A DNA stretch of 33,091 nucleotides from a virus (Duplodnaviria > Caudoviricetes): positions 1-33,091 of the IMG/VR virus record IMGVR_UViG_3300030433_003336. One strand, given 5' to 3'. Position numbers and translations under genes: made by a program. This document shows positions 8,801 through 20,500 of this stretch, one piece after another (position 1 is the first letter of the stretch; every line of letters starts with the position of its first letter). The notes beneath the pieces are model-generated. The model saw nothing but the letters and a program-made list of their open reading frames with translations, made no database searches and was not told where the DNA came from.

Positions 8801-11800
8801 GTATAAGTTGTTTTTGGAGAATTAAATTTTCCGGTTTTGTGATTTGATGCTGCTAATCTAAATGTTCCAATTCTTTTACTATTATTGTAGACTCTTATAG
8901 TCTCACCTTTTTGGAATGCCGCATTTGAAGAACCATAATTTTGCAACGTATTAGAATTTGCAATCTCAACAAGTTTTGGAATAAAGTCTACATTACTATG
9001 ATTGTCTAAGAACTGATAATGTCTTGCAAGAGGTCTGAATAAAGTTCCAAAAACAGCAACATTTCTAGAACGAATATACTTTTCTCTCCCAGAGCTAACA
9101 AGAACTGTATTGACATTAGTGCTCGTGCTGACTATAGTTCTACTACGACGACCGGTTCTAGTTCTTCCTCTTCTAGTTCTTTCAACTACAAGTGGTGTAA
9201 GTTTAATTGTTCTTACCCATGTATCGGCATTTGGTGAAAGATTAACTATACCATTATATTCAATAACATGGAAAGGATTAACATTTTCGACACGAGTTGC
9301 AAAGGATTGATTTAACCATCCCACCGAATCATATTTTAAGGTAACTGCATTTCCAGTCTTTTGTACGTTTGGATCCAACAAATCATAATTTTCAAATAAA
9401 TCCAATTCATTTTCTGCAATTTCTACTGCGGGAATTGCTCTTTGTTGAAGAGAATTTCTGAATGAAACTGGTCTAAGTTCTCCATTGTTAATATCAGCAG
9501 TTGTTAAACTATCATCTGATAAAGACTTATCATTAAAGTCATCTACAAATATTCCACTCTTGAATCTATTATTTCCTTCAGAATCCTCAACTCTTAAAGA
9601 TTCTGTATTAATTTCAAGTAAACTTAAAGAAGTAACTCTTTCTAAGTTTTCGACTCTATCTTCAATTTCACCAATATCTCTCATAGTATATCTTCTATTG
9701 TCAATCATGCTAATTTCAGCATCATCGACATCATACAAATATGCTGGCAGATTAATTTCTGCCAATTGCATAAGATCAATATTTTCATTTGTTGGTGCTA
9801 CAGGATCTTCAGAAGAAATTCCTTTTCTAACAACAACACTTCCAAATTTATCAAGATATATTCTATCAATTCTAGGAAGATAGAAATCATATCCAATTAA
9901 TGATCCTTCACCTGGTTTTAATACAAATTTTGGATCTGTTCCAAAATTCCTTGATGAAAAATCAAATGGTGATGATGTTGTTACAGAGAAATCTTGAACT
10001 CTTGGTCTAAAGTCTAAGGTATCAGATGCTCTGACATTTCTTGGACCAATGTCTGGAATATCTTTAGAGAATCTATCTGACCCATAACTAAGAACAGTAA
10101 ATACATCACCATTATCTGATGCTGGAATTGTATAATGGTCGTATACAATTAAAAGTCTTCTTTCTGGAACTTGAGATCCAACTCTAACAATTCTAGAATA
10201 GTCATAATATTCATCTTTCTGTCCTTTATCAAGAATATAATTATTTGTGATATTTTTATATTTGCCGAAAGTTATTGCTTCTACTGTAGAAACAATATTG
10301 GATTCTTTAAATGTTACAGTCTCTCCCAAGTTGAATGTTTGATCATTCAAATAAACAATACCAAGATTATTTGAAGGGACTGATGGTGTTGAAGATGCAT
10401 TTAATACAATTCTAGCTAATGCACCACTATCTGAACCAATAATATCTTCACCAATAATCGCATCAGTATCTACTTGAGATATTGATGAAAATTGCAATCT
10501 ATCTAAAATAGGATCTGCTGTATTGGTTGATTCATATACTGCAAGAACTTTGGATACATCAGGAACATTCAAAGAAACTTGATCATCCTGAACTCTCAAT
10601 CCATAGAATGAATTATAAGTCAATCCATCGTTGATTGAATCACTGGTTGCAGCACCAGAACGAGCAAGTGTAGAAAGATTTACGATATTTAAAGAACTTC
10701 TTGTATATTCTTTAATTTTACTCTGAATACCATTTTTTCTGAGTGTTGTATTGACAACAACATTACTACTCTGACTTGGTAACAGACCCTCAATAGTTAC
10801 CGTATTTCCACTTAAAGTAAATGCATCTGGGGTTATTGTTCCAATGCCACCACCATTGTAGTGAACAGAATATCTTTCTTGATCAAATGCTTCAAAAAAT
10901 GCACTAGTGATTCCAGATACATTTCCAAGATCAAATGTCAATTCTCCATTTACATCTGTTGACTGACCCGTAAGTTGTCTAGTTACTGATAATTGTGAAT
11001 CAGAAAGATCTACAGATGAAACATTAGAGTCTGGAAGATTTGCATAAAGGAATGCATTATCATTATTTTTTAATTCTGGAACTGCAAGTTCAATATTATA
11101 AGTTCCATCAGAACCTTTTCCTCCATCAAAAACACCATTTACAGTAGAAATACCAACCACTGTAACTGTGGTTAAATTTCCACCCACAGAATCAACTCTA
11201 TTATATCTTAAATTAGTTCCATCTTGATATTTTACAATATCACCTTCTTTAATATCAGTGAAAAGTTTTCCTGGACTTGTAAAAACACCTGTAGAATTTA
11301 CAAAGTTTGCTTGACTAATTCCGTCAATTTGTTTTTTACCGAGGACACTATCTGCCTGAAATACTGGATATCCTGATGCATTTTGTGCTACAGATTTAAT
11401 ATCTCTGATGCCATAGACTTTAAGACTACTTACAGTTAAAGATACATCAACACCATTAACAATTAATTGCTCATCTTCTACAAAATTACCTGAGGTTTGA
11501 TATAAGTCTAATGAAGTTCCGTTAGCTGCCGAAACAACAAATCCACTTGCTCCACTACTCTTACCTTTTATGAAAGATGTTTGTGGAATTTCTGCAGTGG
11601 TTACACTTCTATTGAAAGTTAGAGTAGTATAAGTCTGAATATCATAAAGGAATAAATCCCACTGAGTTTCTGCATTTGAATAAGCAGAATCAGTCAAATT
11701 GAAAGTATATACTCTTGCCTGTCCAATAACCTTTTGACCGGATGTATCTGCTTTAAATTGTGTTTTTAACGTTACAATATCGTTTTCTTTTGGTGCACCG

Positions 11801-13011
11801 GAAACATTATTAACTCTTAGAAGATGTCCCATCTCAAAAGGAACACTTACATTAGATACATTTTGAGTATCTCTTGGTTTTTCTACATCGATTGTCGATG
11901 TTTCATCTACCTCAACATCATATCCTGCAACATATGCTTTTCCAGGTGAAACCTGGATACACATCAAATCATCTGATGGAGTATTTCTTTGTTCTGTAGT
12001 TTCGTTTTCTAAGAACAATCCATCATTATCAATTCTATCATTCAATGATTCAAGAATATCTAATTCAAATTCATCAACAGTATAATGTCCAGATTCATCA
12101 AAAGTTCTTTCTGCAAGATAGTCTCTAATAATGTTGTATGCAGTTTTATTAACTATTTTCTTTATCTTGCCATCATCAACTCTAAGAATTTCTATGAAGT
12201 CGGTATCATTAAAATCTGATAATGATTTTTTTGTCAGAGTTAATGATATCTTAAATCTATCAGCACCTGGTGCTGCATAGTTTGTGAATCCTTTTGCATT
12301 ATCATATAAAGTATCATCATCTTTAGCACTAACTATTATTTCATCTATTTTTAATCCAACTCTATATGATGGAGTATTTGTATAATAATCTAATATAAGT
12401 TTTTGTTTAGAAACATCAGCAAAAAATCCTCTTACAAAATAAACACCATCATCAATAAACACTGCAGAACCTGTTGCTGTTGCATCTAGATCAATAAGTG
12501 ATGCAAAAGAAGTTCCAGAAGGAATCGTAATGCTACCATAGGTAACATTTTCACTTGCAATCAATGATTCACCATCTTGGAAAACTGAGTTTTCAGAATC
12601 AGTTCCTGCTTGAGAATATTTTACGTATATTGTTATATTTTCTACTTCGTCACTTTCACTGGTTAAAACTACATCTTTAACTGTAGCAGTTACTCCAGAA
12701 CTTTGACCTGTAATAGTTTTTCCAATAAAATTTTTAATGTATATTGAAATATCTACTCCCAGATTAGTAGCATTTAACTTTACTGCAGAGTATTCATTAT
12801 CATACGTAGTAGATCCAGGAATAACCATGGATCCTTCTTTGAAAATATTTTGACCAAAAGACTCTACTTGATTCTGTAAAATTGACTGAAGAGTTGTTAA
12901 CTCTCTAGCCTGAACTGGAAATCCTGGTTTGAATAAAACCTTGTAAAAGTTTTTAGATTCATCAAAATCATCATAATATGGACTGATATTTAGATTGGTT
13001 TTTTGTGCCAT
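5857..13011 (-). CDS. Large virion structural protein, VrlC-like / DUF4815-like (2384 aa)
   Basis: N-terminus TNLNISPYYDDFD..KNFYKVLFKPGFPVQARELTTLQSILQNQ, plus YLAERTFDESGHY, NRRYTMRDIG, DPLAQTF and C-terminal YPIIRDLRTIAL. It follows gp8, as usual in T4-like cyanophages. Confidence 0.85.
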   Translation of the reverse strand: MAQKTNLNISPYYDDFDESKNFYKVLFKPGFPVQARELTTLQSILQNQVESFGQNIFKEGSMVIPGSTTYDNEYSAVKLNATNLGVDISIYIKNFIGKTITGQSSGVTATVKDVVLTSESDEVENITIYVKYSQAGTDSENSVFQDGESLIASENVTYGSITIPSGTSFASLIDLDATATGSAVFIDDGVYFVRGFFADVSKQKLILDYYTNTPSYRVGLKIDEIIVSAKDDDTLYDNAKGFTNYAAPGADRFKISLTLTKKSLSDFNDTDFIEILRVDDGKIKKIVNKTAYNIIRDYLAERTFDESGHYTVDEFELDILESLNDRIDNDGLFLENETTEQRNTPSDDLMCIQVSPGKAYVAGYDVEVDETSTIDVEKPRDTQNVSNVSVPFEMGHLLRVNNVSGAPKENDIVTLKTQFKADTSGQKVIGQARVYTFNLTDSAYSNAETQWDLFLYDIQTYTTLTFNRSVTTAEIPQTSFIKGKSSGASGFVVSAANGTSLDLYQTSGNFVEDEQLIVNGVDVSLTVSSLKVYGIRDIKSVAQNASGYPVFQADSVLGKKQIDGISQANFVNSTGVFTSPGKLFTDIKEGDIVKYQDGTNLRYNRVDSVGGNLTTVTVVGISTVNGVFDGGKGSDGTYNIELAVPELKNNDNAFLYANLPDSNVSSVDLSDSQLSVTRQLTGQSTDVNGELTFDLGNVSGITSAFFEAFDQERYSVHYNGGGIGTITPDAFTLSGNTVTIEGLLPSQSSNVVVNTTLRKNGIQSKIKEYTRSSLNIVNLSTLARSGAATSDSINDGLTYNSFYGLRVQDDQVSLNVPDVSKVLAVYESTNTADPILDRLQFSSISQVDTDAIIGEDIIGSDSGALARIVLNASSTPSVPSNNLGIVYLNDQTFNLGETVTFKESNIVSTVEAITFGKYKNITNNYILDKGQKDEYYDYSRIVRVGSQVPERRLLIVYDHYTIPASDNGDVFTVLSYGSDRFSKDIPDIGPRNVRASDTLDFRPRVQDFSVTTSSPFDFSSRNFGTDPKFVLKPGEGSLIGYDFYLPRIDRIYLDKFGSVVVRKGISSEDPVAPTNENIDLMQLAEINLPAYLYDVDDAEISMIDNRRYTMRDIGEIEDRVENLERVTSLSLLEINTESLRVEDSEGNNRFKSGIFVDDFNDKSLSDDSLTTADINNGELRPVSFRNSLQQRAIPAVEIAENELDLFENYDLLDPNVQKTGNAVTLKYDSVGWLNQSFATRVENVNPFHVIEYNGIVNLSPNADTWVRTIKLTPLVVERTRRGRTRTGRRSRTIVSTSTNVNTVLVSSGREKYIRSRNVAVFGTLFRPLARHYQFLDNHSNVDFIPKLVEIANSNTLQNYGSSNAAFQKGETIRVYNNSKRIGTFRLAASNHKTGKFNSPKTTYTTNPYVTSESISSGYSQSSKTLNIDLVSLTSEAQGSFNGYLEKGAKIVGQTSGAIAYVKDLRFISDVNGTLFGSFFIKNPHVNPAPNPRILTGKKTYTLTSSSTNEAPLPGSTLISSGSDTYTANGTFRVTQKVTTITRTITRIRRRRDPLAQTFVVGRDIEAPDFNGNSDDDNGVFLTEVDLFFASKPAGQEPLTVDIRTVELGIPTLNGIGQPKTLLPSDITTSKDGQTATRVTFDQPIYLPPGQEYAIVLLAPNTDQYEVWTGKMGEKTIETANLPNSEALVYSKQFALGSLFKSQNGSTWTPAQESDLKFKLYKAKFTANTGIVHFGNPPLDSSNGYIPTLQENALTALPKNVTLGITTIISSDALVGILTTGRRIAGAGNSSATIVSTGSSASSVTATNAGLNYTTGVRSTTNVFGTGSGLTVNIGSVGANGNITGITVSNPGTGYATGDVVSIVNGSGETGRNATITVTASGDVDTLYLTNVQGSIPTGDLVYYDTDTTTVSLANTDVLSSTDDGGIFSGNYLQVQHFNHGMYANNNKLTLSDVTSDVAPSTLEAQLLSTTGASGIIEVKDSTSFETFEGHSVDTTNIGYVKIGDEIVGYSSATSNQLTISSRAVEGIAQNHDINDQIVKYEFNGISLRRINNVIYDISDTGIENDSYYIEIDRGATSSIEGKAIGLDRSTDGTYPKLSFATELIGGGNEIKASENIIFNRINPRFNILSPGKQTSVSANVRTTTGTSISGSEVSFDLQNTVESVIPNQENELDSVRMVCSRVNELNQSAFTNVSGKRSFNSTLTLNTTDENLSPMVFLDDSTVEFISDAINRPVTNYATDSSTNSIDNDSHDAIYVSNVISLAQPASSLKVLLTAYRPDPADIRVLYSLVREDSVGIEQDFELFPGFNNLEATSEGSLKVVDASLNDGRPDVRVPASEKDQYLEYEFTANNLDDFSGYRIKIVMSSTDQANYPIIRDLRTIALK

Positions 13012-14525
13012 TAGAATTCCAGAATAATTTTAACGTCTTCTTTTTGCCTAGAGTCTCTTTGAACTTCGGGTCTATTATCAATGTAAATTACATCCCCTGT
13101 CTTTTTATTTATCTCAGGATTTGCAAGTCCATTTTCAAAATTAACTCCCAGATTAATTTGTTTAGCATTGATAGTAATCACACTTCCCGATAAAGAAGTA
13201 TCAACTTGTGACACTCCTCCAGATTGAGTAAAACTGATGTCAGAAGTATTAAATGTGGTAATACCTGATGTATTGCTATTCTCTACTTGATTGAGTTTAT
13301 TGCCAAAACATAAAGATCTATCTTGATAATATTTTAAAATCTTAGTTTCACTATCAAAAGATGCAACATAACCTTTTGCCGTAACATTATTACCTTGATT
13401 TTGTCTAATTTCCTCCCCAATAGTTACTGTTCTAGTACTACTTAAACCAACAGCAAAGAGTGATGAAAATGCATTTCCTGTAAAGGTTGTTCCTGCTCCA
13501 GAGAATGTTTCTGGATTTTTTAAGATGCCAACCTGAGCAAACTTTGTATCTACAGGAAAATCTTTTGTAGAATCATCAAATCTTGCATATAGTAATACTT
13601 TATCAGTTCCTAATTCTGTATACACATCATATCCATGACCTTTAGATGGTGGAATAATTGGTATTAATTTTGCCCCTGATCCAGAATTTGAACTTAAATC
13701 AACAATCCCATAAGTGTAACCTTTACCACCTTTTGTTACGGTAACATCTGTTATAACACCATTAGTTGTTGTAACAGAAGCTTCACCACCAGTTCCATCA
13801 CCCAAAATATCATGAGTTAGATTACTATAATTAGATCCACCTTCTTCTATGTAAATTGTTTTTATTTGATTTTCATTGGTATCTGAGTTTCCACCATCTC
13901 TAATGATCTGAATATCAGTCTCTGTTGTAGTTGCCCAGTCATTTGGAACGACAATAAATTCTGTCGAATCAAATTTAATAATGTCTGATGGTGCAACTTT
14001 GAAAAGATATTTCCACACATATCCGTCAGAATAGGAAACGGGTTCTACATCAGTATGTGTTGGTTCTAATGATGATCTGGGAACAGTAGGAGAAACTCCA
14101 GAAGTTCCATTTTCAATACAAATATAGACTTTAAAGTCACTTGTAATTACATAGTAATTTGCATCATATAATTTTAAAGCCTTACTGACGGGTGCTGGAT
14201 TATTCCTATTAGTGTATTGGCCATAGTCATGCCTATACATATCATACTGATTATTTGCAATCCATTCTACTTTTCTTACAACTCTTCTAGCATTCTCTGT
14301 GGTAACTTTCTTACCAAACAAACTAGTATCCCTATAGTGAGATAAATGTTGAAAATTATCTACAGGATTGTTAGATGTGCTTGAATTCCAATTGTCAGTT
14401 CTACCAAATCCAGTGGCTTGTGGATTTGATAAACCAAGAAAAGCATAATATGAATTATTACTGATGGACTCTACAAAAGAACCAGCATTCAATATTCTAA
14501 ATTGATCTGTTATGAACGCGGACAT
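13011..14525 (-). CDS. gp8: Baseplate wedge subunit (T4 gp8-like)
   Basis: Motifs MSAFITDQFRILNA, YDMYRHDY, YYVITSDFKVYICIEN, DGYVWKYLF and C-terminal GDVIYIDNR..QRDSRQKEDVKIILEF. Confidence 0.9.
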   Translation of the reverse strand: MSAFITDQFRILNAGSFVESISNNSYYAFLGLSNPQATGFGRTDNWNSSTSNNPVDNFQHLSHYRDTSLFGKKVTTENARRVVRKVEWIANNQYDMYRHDYGQYTNRNNPAPVSKALKLYDANYYVITSDFKVYICIENGTSGVSPTVPRSSLEPTHTDVEPVSYSDGYVWKYLFKVAPSDIIKFDSTEFIVVPNDWATTTETDIQIIRDGGNSDTNENQIKTIYIEEGGSNYSNLTHDILGDGTGGEASVTTTNGVITDVTVTKGGKGYTYGIVDLSSNSGSGAKLIPIIPPSKGHGYDVYTELGTDKVLLYARFDDSTKDFPVDTKFAQVGILKNPETFSGAGTTFTGNAFSSLFAVGLSSTRTVTIGEEIRQNQGNNVTAKGYVASFDSETKILKYYQDRSLCFGNKLNQVENSNTSGITTFNTSDISFTQSGGVSQVDTSLSGSVITINAKQINLGVNFENGLANPEINKKTGDVIYIDNRPEVQRDSRQKEDVKIILEF

Positions 14526-14542
14526 ATTAATAGCTTTTTAGA

Positions 14543-14550
14543 TATTTATA
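14543..14550 (-). promoter_or_regulatory. T4 late promoter TATAAATA
   Basis: Exact consensus in the 44-bp gap between the gp7-like gene and gp8, 17 nt upstream of the gp8 ATG. Confidence 0.85.
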
Positions 14551-14569
14551 CAATAATATTAATTTTCAA

Positions 14570-17500
14570 TTATTCTTCTATTTTTGGAAGAGCACCTGTT
14601 TGTCTTAGATTAATTCCACCTCTTCTTTGAATGGTTGGATATGTTGAAAGTCCAGAAACAATATTTCCAGTAACACCAATAGATATTGGACTTGAAGATC
14701 TTGTTCCTCCGGACAGTCTGCCCCATGAATATTTTCCAATTGGATTAGATGTATCTCCAGCACCAACAATACTAGTAGTATTGGTATTAGAATCAATATT
14801 ACAAGTCAAAATTCCCACAGAGTATCTTGCATTCAAAGAAGAATATGTCCACTCGGAAATATAATAAACATTATCAACGCATGTCGTTCCAATACCAACA
14901 ACTTCAGAATCAGAATTATTAATTGAGGTGACTCCACTACCAACTTGGGTATCATAAATGTAAATTGGATATCCAGTTGTCAATCCAACAAATGGTAATG
15001 AATTTAGACTCTTTACTTTATCATCAACTATTGAAAATTCAATTGCCAGATTTCCACCATTCATTGTTGTTGAAATACCAGTTACAATTCCAGAGAAACC
15101 TTGAATATTATTAAATTGTGTAATATTTTCAACAAGACCAGTTGAATATCCAACAGTAGAAATTCCATTAATAACTAATGCATCGCAAGGTGTAGAACCA
15201 TCTGGATATGGTGTCTGCGGAGCCTCTTCAAGATTTCTATTATCTTCATATTCGAAGAGTTCTACATTATCGACAAATATATCAGTATCTGTCGTAGAAA
15301 CATCTTTAATAATTTTTGCAGTTGGGAAGATTAAAGGTTCTAATACATCTCTCGACTTACTTACAAGTTCACCATTAACCTTTTTATCCGTCTTTTGTTT
15401 TGTCCAAGAGAGAGGTTTGAAATTAATCTCATCAATTCCTTGGTCAAAATATCTGTTGGTCTCAAATTTGTCGGAGAATGCTAAATTGTAAACTGTTCTT
15501 TCATTTTGAGTGACTGTGTTCTCAATATAATTGTTGCTTATTACTTGAACAATATCACCAGTTTTTATTGATGGTTTTTGATTTACGTTTGCACTGGAAT
15601 CAACACCATCAACACCTTTATAATAATAAATTTCAACTTCATCTGATGGTAATGGTGCTTTGGTAAATGCAAATGAAGTTCCACCATCAAATACAAAGTT
15701 AGTCACCGGTTTTTGAATGATACCATTTACAAAGATAATCAATATATTATTGATATTTTCTGCAATTGGTGTTCCTGGAGTTGGTTCAAAACTGAGAAGT
15801 TCTCCATTGTACGAAAGTGGGAATCTAATTCTTGTTCCGTTTTGTAAATTTTTAATCGAATCAATATAATCAAGTTCACCGAATTCCCAAGCAGCAAAAT
15901 TATCACTATAAGTATCAATAACAGTAATTTCAAAATCTTGCAAAGGAGAATTGAGTGTTGAGGCAGTAACTAAACCAACTGGTTTAAATCTATCACCCCT
16001 CCTGAATGCATATCCAGGTCTTGAGAACTGGAAGTCTTTTACTTCAAAGTAAGTAGATCCTATGCCTGTTGCTGAGGTAGCACCACCAACTATGACATCC
16101 ATCAATAATCCAATACCAGTAGTTGTTGTGTTACCAATACCTTCTCTATAAACACCAGTAATAGGGAGATTTGAATATGATGGATCAGAAACAAACACCT
16201 CTGGATTTACATAATTAGTTCCAGCAGAACCGACAGTAAACGATAAAGTTCCACCAATACCGATAGAATCAACTGAAACTTCTGCTCCTGTGCCAGCACC
16301 ACCACCAGGTCCTACATTAATCTGAACCGTATTTAATGTAGTTGCTGCAATTGATACTTGCTGATTGTGAATTGGGTCTCCACCAGAAACACCTCTTCTT
16401 TGCTTTGTCTTGGATACTGCTCTTGGATATGCATGGTTTGATGCATGATTGTCTTTAGAACAAGTAAATACCAATCCACCATCATTAATACCAATTGTAT
16501 CTGATGTTGTTAGTCCATGACTTGGGATAGTAAGAACTAAATCACCAGTTATAGAGTTATAAACAGCATTTGTAGCAGTGTGAGTTCCACCACCACCATC
16601 AGTGATTGAATTTGCTACAGAACTTACAAATGTATGATCATATTCCAGGTCTACTACAGTTACTCCAATAGAAACTAACCCATTGTATCCAGATCCAAGA
16701 TTATCAGTTGCTCCCAATCCAACAGATATAAATGTTCCTCCAGCACCGACAACAGCAGTTACAGAAGCACCAACAAGTGGTGCAAATCCAAGTCCTGGTG
16801 TAGATCCATATGAAACAATAATTCCACCTCTAGGAACCTCATTTTGGTTAACATCATAGTCAGAAACCACATATTGAAGTGGATCATCTGGTCTAGTAAT
16901 TCCAGAGAATGATACACTAGATATTCCTGCTACAGTATCTTCTAAAATTTGATAATTAAATACTGATGGGTTATTATCAGTTTTTGGTGATTGATAAATG
17001 TTGTTGATAAAGACAAGTCCATTACTTCCCTCTGTTCCAATTCCGGCTGTGTTAGCACCACCAACTGTTAAGGTAAATGTTCTTCCTATTCCTGTGAATT
17101 TATCTGATATGTCATCATAAATTTTATTATTATCATAATTTGATTTCAGGAATACTCTACCGTTAAATGATGAAGTTTCATAGTCCACATTAGATTCTGT
17201 TTTATCAATTTGAGGATTACCTCTTGGTGGTTCTGTAAAATGAATATCACTATCAACAATATTAAATGCTCCTTTGTAAACATCTGCAGTAGTAGAACTT
17301 GTATGAGTCGCAGCAGAGGTTCCTACAAATCCTCTTTCAACTTCAACAAGTCTTACGTTTCCACTATCGGTAATAGGACCAATACTTGTCGTTCCAAATC
17401 CAACATTAATCACTTTCATATATTCATCATCAACTAATAATATATCAGTAGGATTAAGTGATGAAATCCCACTCAAAGGAACAATGCTTGTATTAATTCC

Positions 17501-20500
17501 CAAGTTTTCTGATAAACTATGACTTATTCTTGAAAATGCTATCGGATATTGAACAAGTTTATCAACACTAATAATACACTTAGTGCTTCTTTCCTTCATG
17601 GTAAATCTATGAGCATTTCCTTCACCAAGAGATGAGAAGGTTACTCCAGTACCACTTTGAGCTGCTGCAGTTGTTATTGCAACTTTAAAGGAATCCTCAT
17701 TTATCTTAATAGCATATACTGTGGAAGGTAAAACATCAGTTGCATTGGTCATCATGGCACTAGTGCCGACTCCAACAATAGTTGAATTTGGAGTATAAAT
17801 TAATTCTTCACCAGTCTGGAAGAAATGATTTTCTATTGTAAATACACCCGTAGTTGATGCAAGTGCAACAGAATTTGGATTAAATTGTTTTGAGAAAATT
17901 GGGATCTTATTATTTCTCAATGTAAATCTAGTTCTATTAATTCTATCTCCATTAATCGCATTGTAGAATTTTGCATCAACACTGTCGGTCACAGGACCAT
18001 AAACTAAATCTTCATAATCATTGAAAGAATCTACTACAGTGTAGAAAGATTTATTGAAGATTTCAATATCAATTTGTTGATTTTGATCATCCGGATAGAA
18101 TTTTAATAATAAATTAGATCCAGATATTTCACCTCCAAATGTACCAAGTCCAGCCACATCATCAAGATTATCTGTATTAGATGCTGAAAGAATTGGTAGT
18201 TGCTGAGTATAAACATCAGTTCCATCAGAAACCATCATGACTTGATGAAGTGCTTTGGTCGATCCTGCACTTACTTGAACTACAGATTTTAAAGAATCAA
18301 ACAGTGTTTTATCTAAAGAATTAATTACTGTAGATGCAGAAGATACTGTTGATTGATAGTTTGAATCATAAATTACACTTCTTTCTTGTCCATCTGCTTG
18401 ATCAAGTGATTTAAATCTATATGTGCCTATTCCAGTTGCAGTTGCACCAAATCCAACAATGTTAGTTTTTATATTGAGTAAATTAGATGAAGTATTTTCG
18501 TGTGTTATTGATAACACTCCATTATCCAAATTAGAATAGAAAGTGCCTATTTGATTTCCTGTAGATGAGTTTAGTGAATTATCAATATAATATTCTGAAA
18601 TATAAGTGTTTGTTCCATCATGTGCAACATATAATCTTGCATAGTTCATGTCAAATGTCACACTATCCAAGATTACCGCATTAATATAAAGAGATTCAAA
18701 AACATTTGAGTCAACAGAAATTATTGTTGTTGTGCCCAAACCAACATTAGTATTTTCTGTAACAATAGATCCAGTTAAATTTACAAATCCAACACTCTGC
18801 GTTCCGACTCCAGTTGATGGTGTATTGAATATTTGTTTGACATATTTGACATCATAGTTTGTGTTGAAAGGATCATTTGGAGTAAATCTTAAAAATGTTT
18901 CATCAAATTCATTTTCAAATATATCAAAACTTCCATATGGAGTATCAGAATTTTGTAATGACTCATTTTCAACTATAACAGTTTCAGTTCCATCACTTAA
19001 AGTAGTAACATCCGTTAATTGAATTTCACTACCATCTTCACTGATAACTCTAAACAAATAGTTTGTATATAAAAGATCATCGACTTCATCAATTGATAAA
19101 AATTCAGTATTTTCTGCTTCCGAATTTGAGAATAGATTGCTAATATCATCAATTGATAATACATTGAGGTTTCTCAATTCAGCATAATTGGTAAGCCTTT
19201 TATTCTCAAGTTTTAGGAATTTAGAGGTTGAATTAGTAACATCTATATCAATGGTGTTGTCAAAGTTATTAATAGTATCTACTCTTTTTTTATCAACAAT
19301 ATCGTAAATAAGTGTAAATCCATCTTTTGGAGTTGTTCCTACTCCTGCTGATACAGAAGATGTTATTGCAGTATCGGCAAAATTCTTTAATCCACTAGTA
19401 TGAACTAAACTTTCTACAGGAGATTGTTGATCTTTGTAAGAAATAGAACTCTTTACCGAATAAGAAAGGTTTTGATAATAATCATTATCCGCAACGACTT
19501 GATAATCTTCACTTAATTTACCAATTCCATTATTCCATCCAATACGTTTTAAGTTTGCATATTCAACATCAAAACTTGCTTCATTAAAATCTAATGATTC
19601 TATTGTTGCGATAACTCCAGAATTAGTTCCTTTAATAATTTCTCCAACAGATAATTCATATAAACCAGAAACTTTTAAAGCATTTCCAATATTTTTTGCA
19701 ACCGACAAATCTCTAATTATTCCATTTGAAGATAATGTTTCTCCTTCAAAAAATTGTGATAATTTTTGAGATACATTAAATTGTGGATAATCATTTTTAT
19801 TGATTACAACTCCAGAATAATCTTGAAGTGTTTTTGCAATGCCAGTGTTTGTAGTAAAATCAGATACATCAATCGTTACGGTATCATTAAGTCCGAGAGA
19901 ATTATATGCCTTTACCTCAAAGAACTTGAATCCATAATCCGAAGAATTAAATCCATCACCATAACTACTATCCTTTTGAATTCCCTCAATATAAACTTTA
20001 TCACCAACATTAAAAGGTTGAGTAATAAAAGTAGCTGCGGTTCCTATGCCTGGTGTCGATATTGTGCACGTAAAAATACCGGTATTTGAAGAATCTACAC
20101 TTATAATTGAAACTCCGTTAGTATTATTAGTTGCAAATATTTCTACAGTTTCGTCTGGCAAACCTGCAGGTTCTGATTCAACATCTACCGAGGAAATTGC
20201 TGATCCTGTTAAATTTGCTTTCAGAAGTCCAGAATCTATTATGCTTCTGCTAATAGGATCAACAATAATCAAAGTTGGTGGATTTGAATATCCTTCTCCA
20301 TTATTGATAATGTTTATTTCATCTATTGTATTAAAATCTTTTAATAAAATAGTAGGAGATACACTTGCCTTGGGACTTAATGTTTTATCAGAAGAATATG
20401 TAAACCTATCACTCAAAATTCTCTTTTCTTTTATAGATCCAACCGAATTTGATTTAACATTTACAATTAAATCAGATCCAAAAGCAGAATTTGTTGATTC

